Source of the DNA: an uncultured archaeon
GTDB lineage: Archaea; Asgardarchaeota; Heimdallarchaeia; Heimdallarchaeales; Kariarchaeaceae
Reading direction: 5' to 3'
Assembly (NCBI GenBank): GCA_964645535.1
Contig: CAZYCQ010000009.1
Location: 17,799 to 81,798 of the forward strand
DNA: 64,000 nt
The notes beneath the pieces were generated by a model. The model did no database searches and was not told the origin of the DNA. It worked only from the letters and a program-made list of their open reading frames with translations. Made by a program: the position numbers and the translations under genes. Below are positions 1 through 8,710 of the stretch, piece after piece (position 1 is the stretch's first letter; each line of letters starts with the position of its first letter).

Positions 1-2
1 TT

Positions 3-713
3 GGTGTTGATGCGGTCGAAGTGCCGCCAGAGGGTAAGGCAAGAATCCACAAAGAGATTGAGGAACGTAAAAAAGAGGTTGACGAATTAATTAAAAAATT
101 CAGAGAAGGCAAACTTGAACGTATCCCTGGAAATACCATGGAGGAAACCCTTGAAGCCCATATTCAGGATATCCTTGCAAAAGCCCGTGATGAGGCTGGC
201 AATATCAGTGCTGAATATCTCGGTATGAAAAATGAAGCGGTTATCATGGCAAAAACGGGTGCAAGAGGGAATATGATCAATCTTGCACAGATGAGTGCAT
301 GTGTCGGTCAACAATCCGTTCGTGGGAATCGAATCATGAGAGGATACCGAGATAGAACCCTTCCTCACTTCAAGAGGGGTGATCTTTCCGCAGATGCCCA
401 TGGTTTTGTGAATTCAAGCTTTAGATCTGGGCTTACTCCCATCGAATTCTTTATGCATGCATGTGGTGGTCGAGAAGGTTTGGTGGATACGGCAGTTCGT
501 ACAAGTAGCAGTGGATATATGCAAAGACGGCTTGTGAATGCGATGCAAGATCTAGCCTCCCATTATGACAGAACCGTGCGGAACTCCACCGGTGAGATCA
601 TTCAGTTTAAGTTTGGGGAAGATAATGTCGATCCTGCAAAGAGTGATTTCGGGAAGGCTGTCAACCTCGATGTCATCCTTCAGAAGGTGTTGGATGATGA
701 GGATGAAAATTAG
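3..713 (+). CDS. rpoA1: DNA-directed RNA polymerase subunit A' (Rpo1N), C-terminal part; gene begins upstream of the window
   Basis: Bridge-helix motifs GLTPIEFFMH, GGREGLVDTAVRTSSSGYMQRRL; frame is open back to the window edge. Confidence 0.98.
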   Translation, partial: GVDAVEVPPEGKARIHKEIEERKKEVDELIKKFREGKLERIPGNTMEETLEAHIQDILAKARDEAGNISAEYLGMKNEAVIMAKTGARGNMINLAQMSACVGQQSVRGNRIMRGYRDRTLPHFKRGDLSADAHGFVNSSFRSGLTPIEFFMHACGGREGLVDTAVRTSSSGYMQRRLVNAMQDLASHYDRTVRNSTGEIIQFKFGEDNVDPAKSDFGKAVNLDVILQKVLDDEDEN

Positions 714-727
714 GAGGATAATGTTCT

Positions 728-3400
728 ATGGCTAAAAAAAAGTATCTGACTGTGACTGAATTAAGGGATCAACTGAATGCCTATATGGAACGAGAGGATC
801 GTCTTGTTCCTGTCGAAATTATTGAACAGCTTGAGGATAAAATCCTCCAAAGGGCCTCGGAAATTGCCAAGAAAAAGAAAGAGAATGCTGCCGGAAAAAC
901 ATACATCACCCAAGAGCAGTTGGATCAGTTGATGATCGAAATCTTTCGTTCCTATACTTTTGCGGAGATGGAGCCTGGGACTTCTGCTGGGGTGGTTTCC
1001 GCACAAAGTATTGGAGAACCGGGAACCCAAATGTCACTGAGTGGCGATGAACTTGTCTTGATTATGGATGAAAATGTTGTTCAAAGTGTTAGAATCGGTG
1101 AGTTCATTGATGAATTGCTTGAGAGTAAATCTGCAAAGGTGAATGGAGAGACTGCAATACTGGATTTCCCTCCTCATCATCCAATTTTTGTTCCTGCAAT
1201 ATCGGATGATGAGACCATCGCTTGGAAACGATTGAGGCAGGTCTCACGACATGCTCCAAATGGTGATCTCATTCGAGTTAAAACTAAATCTGGTCGTCAA
1301 ATAATTGCTACTCCAAGCCATTCCTTCCTTGCAAGAAAAAACAACAAAATTGTCCCTATCAGAGGTTCCGAATTGAGACCAGGGGACTTTGTTCCAATTG
1401 CACTTGGAATTCCATCAGTCAACCCAATTTCTATAATTTACTTTGAGGAAGATTCAATTCGTCTTGGTCATACCGTAGTGGAACAGGCTTTAGTGACTCC
1501 TCAAGGTGAGATCGTTGGAGCCTCATCCCCATCCAATTCATTTTCAATTTCTCTTGATGAGACCTTTGGGTATTTCCTTGGTACACTAATAACGGTAGGT
1601 TTCAATGAAGGCGAGGATTTGGTTATTTCTACCCCTCGTCCAAATTTCTATGATGATCTTCTTTCTTATTTTGAAACAAATGGAATTGAAGTGGATCTTG
1701 CACAAGACATTCTTGAAGGGGAACTGTATGAAATTCGTGTCCACAACGAAGATCTTGCCTACGCAGTGGATCTTCTCATTGAGGCGTTTGATGATGGAAC
1801 CTCAACCCCGGTTTGGATACTCAATACCCCTCATGATTTCATAAAGGCATTTCTCCATGGTGTATTTGACCATGGGGGCGAAATTTTGGAAGGGCATATC
1901 TCATTCAAATTTGCAAACCATGATTTCATCATGCTTCTAACCCATTTAATTGGTAAGTTTGGAATTTTCACGGAAATAAGAAGAACCCCTGAATTTTCCG
2001 AATTAATCATTCCATCCGAATTTCTCCTTTCCTTCAATGATCATATAGGGTTCCGATCTCCCAAAAAATCTAATAAATTACTCTCCCTTGTGGAACACGT
2101 CAAACGATTGGATTTGGTTCCAGGATTGGAAGAATTAATTAAGGAGTTCAATAAAAAACTTGGAACTTCATTTCCGATTGCCGATGCTCTTCCCCGCCAT
2201 GAAATTGTTGGAATTATCCAAGAATCGCAGAAAATTTCCAATGAGAAAGGTGTTGACATCTCCAATGAAATCTCAATGCTTGTTCGTGCCTCTGAGAGCC
2301 CCGTCTTTTGGGATACTGTCTTAATGATTGAACATATAGAATCACCAACAAAATATGTATATGATTTTGCTGTGGATGGTTTTGAAACCTTCACCACATT
2401 TGATGGTATTCTTACACACAATACTCTACGTACTTTCCACTTTGCGGGTGTCAGGGAGATGAATGTCACTCTCGGTCTGCCTCGTCTCATTGAATTGGTT
2501 GATGCAAGACGTAATCCTAGCACCCCCTCAATGACCGTTGCCTTGAAGGGAGAATACGCCCATGATGAGGCAAAAGCAAAACAGGTTGCCCAAAACATTG
2601 AGCTTACTACAGTTCATAGCGTTGCCTCAGGTCTGGAAATTGACCAAATCCATCTCCGAGTGAATATTCTCTTGGATAGGGAGCTTCTTGAGGATAAGGG
2701 CATCACTGCTGAAGATGTGCGTCAGAAAATCCTTGAAAAACGGGTTGCCAGTAAGGTCAAAGTTGAAGACAATCTGATCATTGTCACCCCTGATAAGGAA
2801 GACCCCACACTTCAAGATCTTCAAAAACTTTCAGAGAAGCTAAGAATGATCCCGATCAAGGGGCTTCGAGGTGTGGCTCGTGTCATGATCCGCAAAAAGA
2901 AAATTGAAGAGGGTGATGAAGAGAAGGTAGAATACCAGATCCTTACAGAAGGAAGCAACTTCAAGCAGTTGATGAGGGTACTGGGTGTTGATCCTCGTAA
3001 TTCCTATACCAATCATATCCACGAAATTGCAGAAACCTTGGGCATTGAAGCAGCAAGAAATGCCATCATCAAAGAGGCAAAAGAAGTGATGGAAAAACAG
3101 GGTCTGGAGGTAGATCAGAGACATCTGATGCTTGTTGCGGATCTTATGACCTATTCTGGAGAAATCCGACAGATTGGGCGTCATGGTATCTCTGGTGAAA
3201 ATGCTTCAATTCTAGCAAGGGCTGGATTTGAAGTTACCGTCAAACACCTTTTGGATGCCTCAGTACGTGGTGAGGAAGACCATTTGGTTGGTATTATCGA
3301 AAATGTCATCGTTGGTCAAGAAATCGCGATTGGTACTGGAATGGTGGATCTGACTATTTCACCTAACTACCGAGAATTCGCTCCTAAAAAAGAAAAATAA
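728..3400 (+). CDS. rpoA2: DNA-directed RNA polymerase subunit A'' (Rpo1C), intein-containing
   Basis: AQSIGEPGTQM|...|TLRTFHFAG, NVTLGLPRLIE, GIEAAR, RHLMLVADLMT, ENVIVGQ; GGAGG upstream. Confidence 0.98.
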   Translation: MAKKKYLTVTELRDQLNAYMEREDRLVPVEIIEQLEDKILQRASEIAKKKKENAAGKTYITQEQLDQLMIEIFRSYTFAEMEPGTSAGVVSAQSIGEPGTQMSLSGDELVLIMDENVVQSVRIGEFIDELLESKSAKVNGETAILDFPPHHPIFVPAISDDETIAWKRLRQVSRHAPNGDLIRVKTKSGRQIIATPSHSFLARKNNKIVPIRGSELRPGDFVPIALGIPSVNPISIIYFEEDSIRLGHTVVEQALVTPQGEIVGASSPSNSFSISLDETFGYFLGTLITVGFNEGEDLVISTPRPNFYDDLLSYFETNGIEVDLAQDILEGELYEIRVHNEDLAYAVDLLIEAFDDGTSTPVWILNTPHDFIKAFLHGVFDHGGEILEGHISFKFANHDFIMLLTHLIGKFGIFTEIRRTPEFSELIIPSEFLLSFNDHIGFRSPKKSNKLLSLVEHVKRLDLVPGLEELIKEFNKKLGTSFPIADALPRHEIVGIIQESQKISNEKGVDISNEISMLVRASESPVFWDTVLMIEHIESPTKYVYDFAVDGFETFTTFDGILTHNTLRTFHFAGVREMNVTLGLPRLIELVDARRNPSTPSMTVALKGEYAHDEAKAKQVAQNIELTTVHSVASGLEIDQIHLRVNILLDRELLEDKGITAEDVRQKILEKRVASKVKVEDNLIIVTPDKEDPTLQDLQKLSEKLRMIPIKGLRGVARVMIRKKKIEEGDEEKVEYQILTEGSNFKQLMRVLGVDPRNSYTNHIHEIAETLGIEAARNAIIKEAKEVMEKQGLEVDQRHLMLVADLMTYSGEIRQIGRHGISGENASILARAGFEVTVKHLLDASVRGEEDHLVGIIENVIVGQEIAIGTGMVDLTISPNYREFAPKKEK
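1034..2422 (+). mobile_element. Intein (463 aa) in RpoA'', Ser1 start and His-Asn end, with a LAGLIDADG-type endonuclease region that looks degenerate
   Basis: Interrupts EPGTQM/TLRTFH; starts SLSGDE; block B ATPSHSF; block F VYDFAV; ends GILTHN followed by Thr+1. Confidence 0.95.
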
Positions 3401-3459
3401 CCCTCGTAATCTTAAGTAATATATAAAAACGCGAAATCCTTCAGGTAATAAGAAGCAAC

Positions 3460-3903
3460 ATGGCAAAATCAAAGAGTCCAAACGGAGAATTCGCTGCTAG
3501 GAAGCTCCTCAAAAAAAGACAAAAAATGAGATGGAAGGACATATACTATAAGAGGAGAATGCTTGGTCTGAACAAAAAAGCTGATCCCTTGGAAGGAGCA
3601 CCTCAAGCAACAGGTGTTGTTCTTGACAAGTATGGTGTAGGGTCCAAACAACCCAACAGTGCTTTGAGAAAATGCGTCCGTGTTCAGTTGATTAAAAACG
3701 GCAAACAAATCGGTGCCTACGTTCCTCATGATGGTGGTCTTCTCTATATCAATGTTCATGATCAAGTTACTGTTGAAGGTATTGGTGGTGCACAAAAGGG
3801 TGCAAAAGGTGACATTCCAGGTATCAAGTGGCGTGTCATGAAAGTCAATGGTGTTGCTCTTTCGGAGCTTGTAACTGGTCGTAAGGAAAAAGCAAATCGT
3901 TAA
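3460..3903 (+). CDS. rps12: 30S ribosomal protein uS12 (archaeal S12 / eukaryotic S23 family)
   Basis: [25 protein letters not shown]. Confidence 0.98.
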   Translation: MAKSKSPNGEFAARKLLKKRQKMRWKDIYYKRRMLGLNKKADPLEGAPQATGVVLDKYGVGSKQPNSALRKCVRVQLIKNGKQIGAYVPHDGGLLYINVHDQVTVEGIGGAQKGAKGDIPGIKWRVMKVNGVALSELVTGRKEKANR

Positions 3904-3906
3904 AAC

Positions 3907-4536
3907 TCAACTAACTTCTTTTAGCAGATAGTATTTCTTTCTGAGTTTGAAAAATCTTTTAGCGAACTCAGTTTCACTTATTTCAACTGCATCAAACTTG
4001 TCCTCTAGCATATCCAGTTCTGTTTCAATCCCTAACAATGTATCTTCAACCAATTGCTGCTTATTTACTTCTGTAACTGGTTGATATGTTGTTTGAGCCA
4101 GTTCTGATTTCTTCTGGGCTATGATTGTTTCCAATTGCTGCTTTTGTTGTTCCAACGCGGCCTTTTGCATGTCCAAAGCAACATTGATCGGGGTTGCCGA
4201 TCTTGATGGATTAAGTCTTCCCCCCTTGATCAAATTTTCCGCTTCCTTAATCACTTGAAAAACATGGTATTCTGATTTCCATCGTCTCATCTTTCGAGTA
4301 TGGAGATAACCTTCTGGATCTGCTGCAGGATGTTCGCCATTCAATATACGGATTGATGGAGGACGAAACGGGAAATTGTCTGGAAGCTCAACCAAAACTT
4401 CGACGGGTTGTCCGAAAGCGTCTGATACTCTTCCGATCCATTTGTAGAGGTTTCCATTTTTTGGGCTGAAGCCACTGTTATATCTATAGATCAGAAATGC
4501 TTCTTTGCTAAGAACTGCATCATCTGCCATTTTCAT
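3907..4536 (-). CDS. UEV domain + coiled coil + steadiness-box-like protein (Vps23/TSG101 or Vps37-like ESCRT-I subunit)
   Basis: LPDNFPFRPPSI and HPAADPEGYL (E2 fold without the catalytic Cys); Q-rich coiled coil; C-terminal LEDKFDAVEISETEFAKRFFKLRKKYYLL. Confidence 0.75.
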   Translation of the reverse strand: MKMADDAVLSKEAFLIYRYNSGFSPKNGNLYKWIGRVSDAFGQPVEVLVELPDNFPFRPPSIRILNGEHPAADPEGYLHTRKMRRWKSEYHVFQVIKEAENLIKGGRLNPSRSATPINVALDMQKAALEQQKQQLETIIAQKKSELAQTTYQPVTEVNKQQLVEDTLLGIETELDMLEDKFDAVEISETEFAKRFFKLRKKYYLLKEVS

Positions 4537-4611
4537 ACATTACTTGATTCTTACGTATTTATGTCTGTCCTTTCTCCTTTGAAATTGTACGTAAAAATTA
4601 AGTGTTAGTAT

Positions 4612-6552
4612 TCAAAAAGTTAATTTTTCTGCTTTATGTGGTGGTGTGATTGTCGAATCCAATTTTGCTTCCGTTCCTCTAGGGGAATGAACGATAACTT
4701 TGGTTCCTTCAAAGGCTTGTATCATTTGGTTCAGAGTTTCACCTGACGTGTGCCCACTCATTGATACTTTTGCAACCTTTTGCTTATATCGGGTACTTAT
4801 TTTGGGATTTCCGGTAAGTAATTGATATCCTAATGTGTTTGGTGCTTGATATCCCGTCAATAGAACTCCAGTTTCTTCATCATCTGCCGTTGCATCAAGC
4901 AATTTCCTAATGGTTCCTGCCTGCAACATTCCATTTCCTGAAATGACAATCGTGTTTTCGGTAAAATCTTCAGGGTCTATCGTTGGAACCATTTCAATCT
5001 CATTCTTTGCTCCGTTTGGATTGTAATTGAATTGTAGCCTTCTAATTACTTTTACACCCATTCCCGCCACATAGATTTTCCATTTTGAATCAATTTTCTG
5101 GTTCAAGAGATGAAACAGGACTTCTTGTGTTCGTCCTACACTGAACGCAGGAATAAGCAATCTTTTATTCTCTTTCATCATTTGATTTACAATTCTTTGA
5201 TTATCAATTGGATCTCTTTTCCTTCCATAATAGGTTCCATCAAACATGAGAACCGTTTGATCCTCTATTGGAAATTTTGCACCCTGAAAATATGCGGTTC
5301 CATCGGCATTGAAATCTCCGGTATAGAAGATTCTCTTTCCTGCAATATTGATGTCGAATCCTACAGATCCGAATAGATGGGATGCGTGATAGGGAGTCAC
5401 CTCTACATTGGGCAAAATTGCAATGGGCTTGCCAATTTCAATTTCATTAATGTTTTGTAAGGTTCCTATGATATTCTTTTCACGAACCAATTCGCTTAAG
5501 AAATAACTTGACTTAAGGAAATGTTTATTCCAATTTGATTTCAAAACATTGGCTGTATCTGTCCAAAGGATTTCCGAAAGAATCTTCGTTTCCTTAGTAG
5601 AAAATATTGGTGTTTCAGGTGAAATCGAATGGAAAATGGGAAGGGCACCTGAATGATCCAAATGTGCATGAGACAAAAAAATTGCGTCCACCTTATGAAA
5701 TATATGTTTCCAATGCGGGATTCTGTTGTTAAGCACACTCATTCCAAAGTCGAGAAGAATCATTCCATGCCTCGTTTTAAGCAAAATCGCAGAATGGCCA
5801 ATATGTTCTCCCCCAGGAAAATGTATGGTTATTTGCTCCTCTATTTCTGGCCTGGAAAAGGTGAATTTCGGTAACCATTTCATCAACAGACTTTGAGGGA
5901 TCTTTTCAGCCAAATTTGCATCAAAAGGTGTTTGTGGAATGTCACTAATATAATTTCCAAGGGTCTTGAAAGAAGGTGGGTATGACTTCAAAAATTCGTT
6001 TGTTGCAAAGTCCTCCTCAACTTCTTTCCAAGATTTATACTGCCTAAAGTTCCTCTTTAAAAGCTCCTCCGCAATCATGGAGGAATGATGTGGTTTTACC
6101 CAATTCAATAATTCCCTAAGCGTTTCTGTTGGATATTCTCCAATATGAGTAAAGAATTCGCCCTCTCTTCTTTCAATTGTAGAAACCAATGCTGATATTG
6201 ATTTCAAGGAATCAGGGATTTCCCTCTCTGGAAAGATTTCCGAAAATGTTGAAACCAGAAACGAGAGATTAGGTATGCCGAAAGAAAGTTCATAATGCCA
6301 TTTCTTCTGTTGATTGAACCAATCCTTATCTGTATCTTGAATTAATGAAATGAGATAGGGGATCTCTTCTGGTTTGAAAATTCCTTTTGATGCGAGGATT
6401 TTAACAAAACTTACAAACTCTTCATAGATCAGAGAACCATTTTTGAACAGAAGAAAAGATATGGGCACCAATTCTTGAATATGCTCTATCTGCTCGATAG
6501 TTTTCAGATTCCATAAAATTTCTCTGATTTCCTCAAGAACAGATTCAATCAA
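4612..6552 (-). CDS. Metallo-beta-lactamase/beta-CASP nuclease with a ~240-aa N-terminal extension
   Basis: GGEHIG, LLDFG, SHAHLDHSG, HASHLFG, YTGDF, DGTY, PAFSVGRTQE, SGH, VH motifs; start codon uncertain. Confidence 0.85.
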   Translation of the reverse strand: MIESVLEEIREILWNLKTIEQIEHIQELVPISFLLFKNGSLIYEEFVSFVKILASKGIFKPEEIPYLISLIQDTDKDWFNQQKKWHYELSFGIPNLSFLVSTFSEIFPEREIPDSLKSISALVSTIERREGEFFTHIGEYPTETLRELLNWVKPHHSSMIAEELLKRNFRQYKSWKEVEEDFATNEFLKSYPPSFKTLGNYISDIPQTPFDANLAEKIPQSLLMKWLPKFTFSRPEIEEQITIHFPGGEHIGHSAILLKTRHGMILLDFGMSVLNNRIPHWKHIFHKVDAIFLSHAHLDHSGALPIFHSISPETPIFSTKETKILSEILWTDTANVLKSNWNKHFLKSSYFLSELVREKNIIGTLQNINEIEIGKPIAILPNVEVTPYHASHLFGSVGFDINIAGKRIFYTGDFNADGTAYFQGAKFPIEDQTVLMFDGTYYGRKRDPIDNQRIVNQMMKENKRLLIPAFSVGRTQEVLFHLLNQKIDSKWKIYVAGMGVKVIRRLQFNYNPNGAKNEIEMVPTIDPEDFTENTIVISGNGMLQAGTIRKLLDATADDEETGVLLTGYQAPNTLGYQLLTGNPKISTRYKQKVAKVSMSGHTSGETLNQMIQAFEGTKVIVHSPRGTEAKLDSTITPPHKAEKLTF

Positions 6553-6774
6553 ATAACCTCTTTCTTCAAAGAGTTTAATGGCACCTCCTTTATTTTTCAG
6601 TTCTATTTGGATTAGTTTGATTAAGTCTTCTTGATTTATCTTTTGTCACCAATCTGTTCTGATGACTTTATTATTTATGGATAGGCTTCCTTCAATGATC
6701 CATATCCCGATCTATTTTCTGATGTTTGTTTATAGAGACCTTTAAGAATAAGTAATTTCCCTATTATTTAGAAA

Positions 6775-7500
6775 ATGAGCGAAGAGCAAGGCGCAGTAAA
6801 GCGAACCCTAAAATTCATAGTACAAAACATCGATAAGCTTCGGGAGCAAGTTGGTCTGAAATTTCAACAAATCGATGAGCAATTGGCTTCCTTTGGACAA
6901 GAGATAGAATCCATTAAAAGTGAAGTTCAACGGTTGCAGGCTTCCATTTCTCAACCAAAACCCACAACTGAAATTACTCAACTGGCACAACGGATCCAAT
7001 CACTTGAAACTGCTATTGCAGGATTGAAATCAAACATTTCTTCTACATCCTCCGTTTCATCATCCGTTACTCCATCACAAATTCCCACACCTCCAGTTTC
7101 ACCCCCTGTTCCTGTAAGGAAGTCCAGTCCAGCCATCCCCCCCACAACAACTCCTTCAACTCAACCATCTCCTATCCCACGGAGTCCTCCCGCAACATCA
7201 TCTTCTGCTCCTGCTCCACCTCCTCCCCCACCTTCAAATCCTCCTTCTCCCCCACCTAGTGCTGGGCTTTCCGCTTCCCCACCTCCTCCTTCAACTCAAC
7301 CATCTCCTATCCCACGGAGTCCTCCCGCAACATCATCTTCTGCTCCTGCTCCACCTCCTCCCCCATCTTCAAATCCTCCTTCTCCTCCTCCCGCAACAAA
7401 GGAGAGACCTGCTTCCCCGTCATCAACTATGAAAGTTTCTGCTGATTCAGATGATAAAAAAGAACTTATGGAAGCTTTGAGAATACTTGATGACATATAG
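6775..7500 (+). CDS. Coiled-coil + polyproline + C-terminal helix protein, function unknown
   Basis: Heptad N-terminus of about 85 aa, Pro/Ser-rich middle with P6 and P5 runs, terminal DDKKELMEALRILDDI. Confidence 0.8.
   Translation: MSEEQGAVKRTLKFIVQNIDKLREQVGLKFQQIDEQLASFGQEIESIKSEVQRLQASISQPKPTTEITQLAQRIQSLETAIAGLKSNISSTSSVSSSVTPSQIPTPPVSPPVPVRKSSPAIPPTTTPSTQPSPIPRSPPATSSSAPAPPPPPPSNPPSPPPSAGLSASPPPPSTQPSPIPRSPPATSSSAPAPPPPPSSNPPSPPPATKERPASPSSTMKVSADSDDKKELMEALRILDDI
7151..7385 (+). repeat. Intragenic direct repeat: two ~100-bp copies (7151-7250, 7286-7385), 135-nt period
   Basis: ctccttcaactcaaccatctcctatcccacggagtcctcccgcaacatcatcttctgctcctgctccacctcctcccca... occurs twice with about one mismatch. 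Confidence 0.95.
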
Positions 7501-7549
7501 GTTCTTGTTCCATCGAAATTGTTTTTTCTCCTTTCCATTCTTCTGATTT

Positions 7550-8065
7550 GTGGACTTGACAAGTATCGATTACTCACTTACTGAAAAAATTGCCAATCTG
7601 ATCCACAAAAATTCAAAATGGAGAACTCCTATTCGAATATTTACCATGACTGGCACCTACATTTTCTGGTTCCCCCTTTTAGTGGTTTGGAATCTTCTTT
7701 TTCCGGATGACTGGCAGTTTCCTTTCTTGATAATGCAGACATGGAATATGCTGTTAGTTCAGGCAATTAAACGTATTGTCAAACGTGATAGGCCTGAATT
7801 CGGTGATTTTTCAATGGGTGTTGTTAAATTTGATGTGCACAGTTTTCCTTCGGGTCATAGTGCTCGTGCCGCAATTGTGATGATGATCATGCCCTCTCTC
7901 TTTCCGAATTTTGCTTGGTTTTGGATTCTGTGGGGTATGGCAATTATGCTTTCTCGACTGCTTTTAGGGGTTCATTATGTCAGCGACATTGTTGGTGGTT
8001 ATATTGTGGGAATAGTCTCTCTCTTTCCTCTCTTTCTGTTCGACTATTTTGATCCCTTATTCTGA
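7550..8065 (+). CDS. PAP2-family phosphatase (lipid/undecaprenyl-PP phosphatase-like)
   Basis: KRIVKRDRP, SFPSGH, SRLLLGVHYVSD. Confidence 0.92.
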   Translation: MDLTSIDYSLTEKIANLIHKNSKWRTPIRIFTMTGTYIFWFPLLVVWNLLFPDDWQFPFLIMQTWNMLLVQAIKRIVKRDRPEFGDFSMGVVKFDVHSFPSGHSARAAIVMMIMPSLFPNFAWFWILWGMAIMLSRLLLGVHYVSDIVGGYIVGIVSLFPLFLFDYFDPLF

Positions 8066-8587
8066 ATTTTGATCTTCTTCATCTTTCAATTCTTCTTGGA
8101 TGTCGGAAACCACTTTAGATGCTGCCATTAATAGCCATTCATGTATTTCCACATCTACGCCATCTGCCATTTCAAATATTTCCCATACACGGTCAGTTAC
8201 ACGTTGAAGACTTAGTGCCTCTATTGCTTGGGATTTTGATAAACTCCCCAGCTTAGTGGTTGAAGGAATTACTATTGCAGTTGGCTTCGGATTGTATTTC
8301 CATATAAAATCTTCCCAGAAATCTCGCCTGATTTCCCCTATATTTTCATCGGTAAGTTCCAATGCCAATACTACTGCATCTGCCTTGTTTAACTTTCCAG
8401 AGTTCCTTAAATCATGCAGTCGGCTGACTTCAATCAGATCCCAGTTAACCTTTCTTTCTTCCTTGATGATTGGGGAAAGATCAATCAGCTTTTGTAGTAA
8501 TGGAGTCGTTTTACCAACCCTAATGAACAAAATATCTAGGTTATCATAACTCTTCCTTTCCAAAATGAAGTTCAATAACTGTTTCAT
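8057..8587 (-). CDS. Degenerate Arf-like small GTPase (probable pseudo-GTPase)
   Basis: GKTTPLLQKL, WD, ADAVVLAL, LSLQRVTDRVWEIF, EWL align by eye with Arf1; G1/G3/G4 motifs are corrupted. Confidence 0.6.
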   Translation of the reverse strand: MKQLLNFILERKSYDNLDILFIRVGKTTPLLQKLIDLSPIIKEERKVNWDLIEVSRLHDLRNSGKLNKADAVVLALELTDENIGEIRRDFWEDFIWKYNPKPTAIVIPSTTKLGSLSKSQAIEALSLQRVTDRVWEIFEMADGVDVEIHEWLLMAASKVVSDIQEELKDEEDQNSE

Positions 8588-8710
8588 CTACTCATCTTTC
8601 TGATGAACGGCTTAAATACGAATTGATTGGGTATCATTCCACTACCTACATTCTTGCATTGAATTGCAATAAAGGAAGAGATAAAAAGTGAGTAATAATC
8701 ATTAGAATAC

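Noticed and set aside
7151-7385. CRISPR-like or mobile-element repeat
   Set aside because: Only two copies, in frame within a coding low-complexity region, with no spacers or cas genes.
6775-7500. P(S/T)AP late-domain ligand for the neighbouring UEV protein
   Set aside because: Only SSAP and PSAG occur; there is no true PSAP or PTAP.
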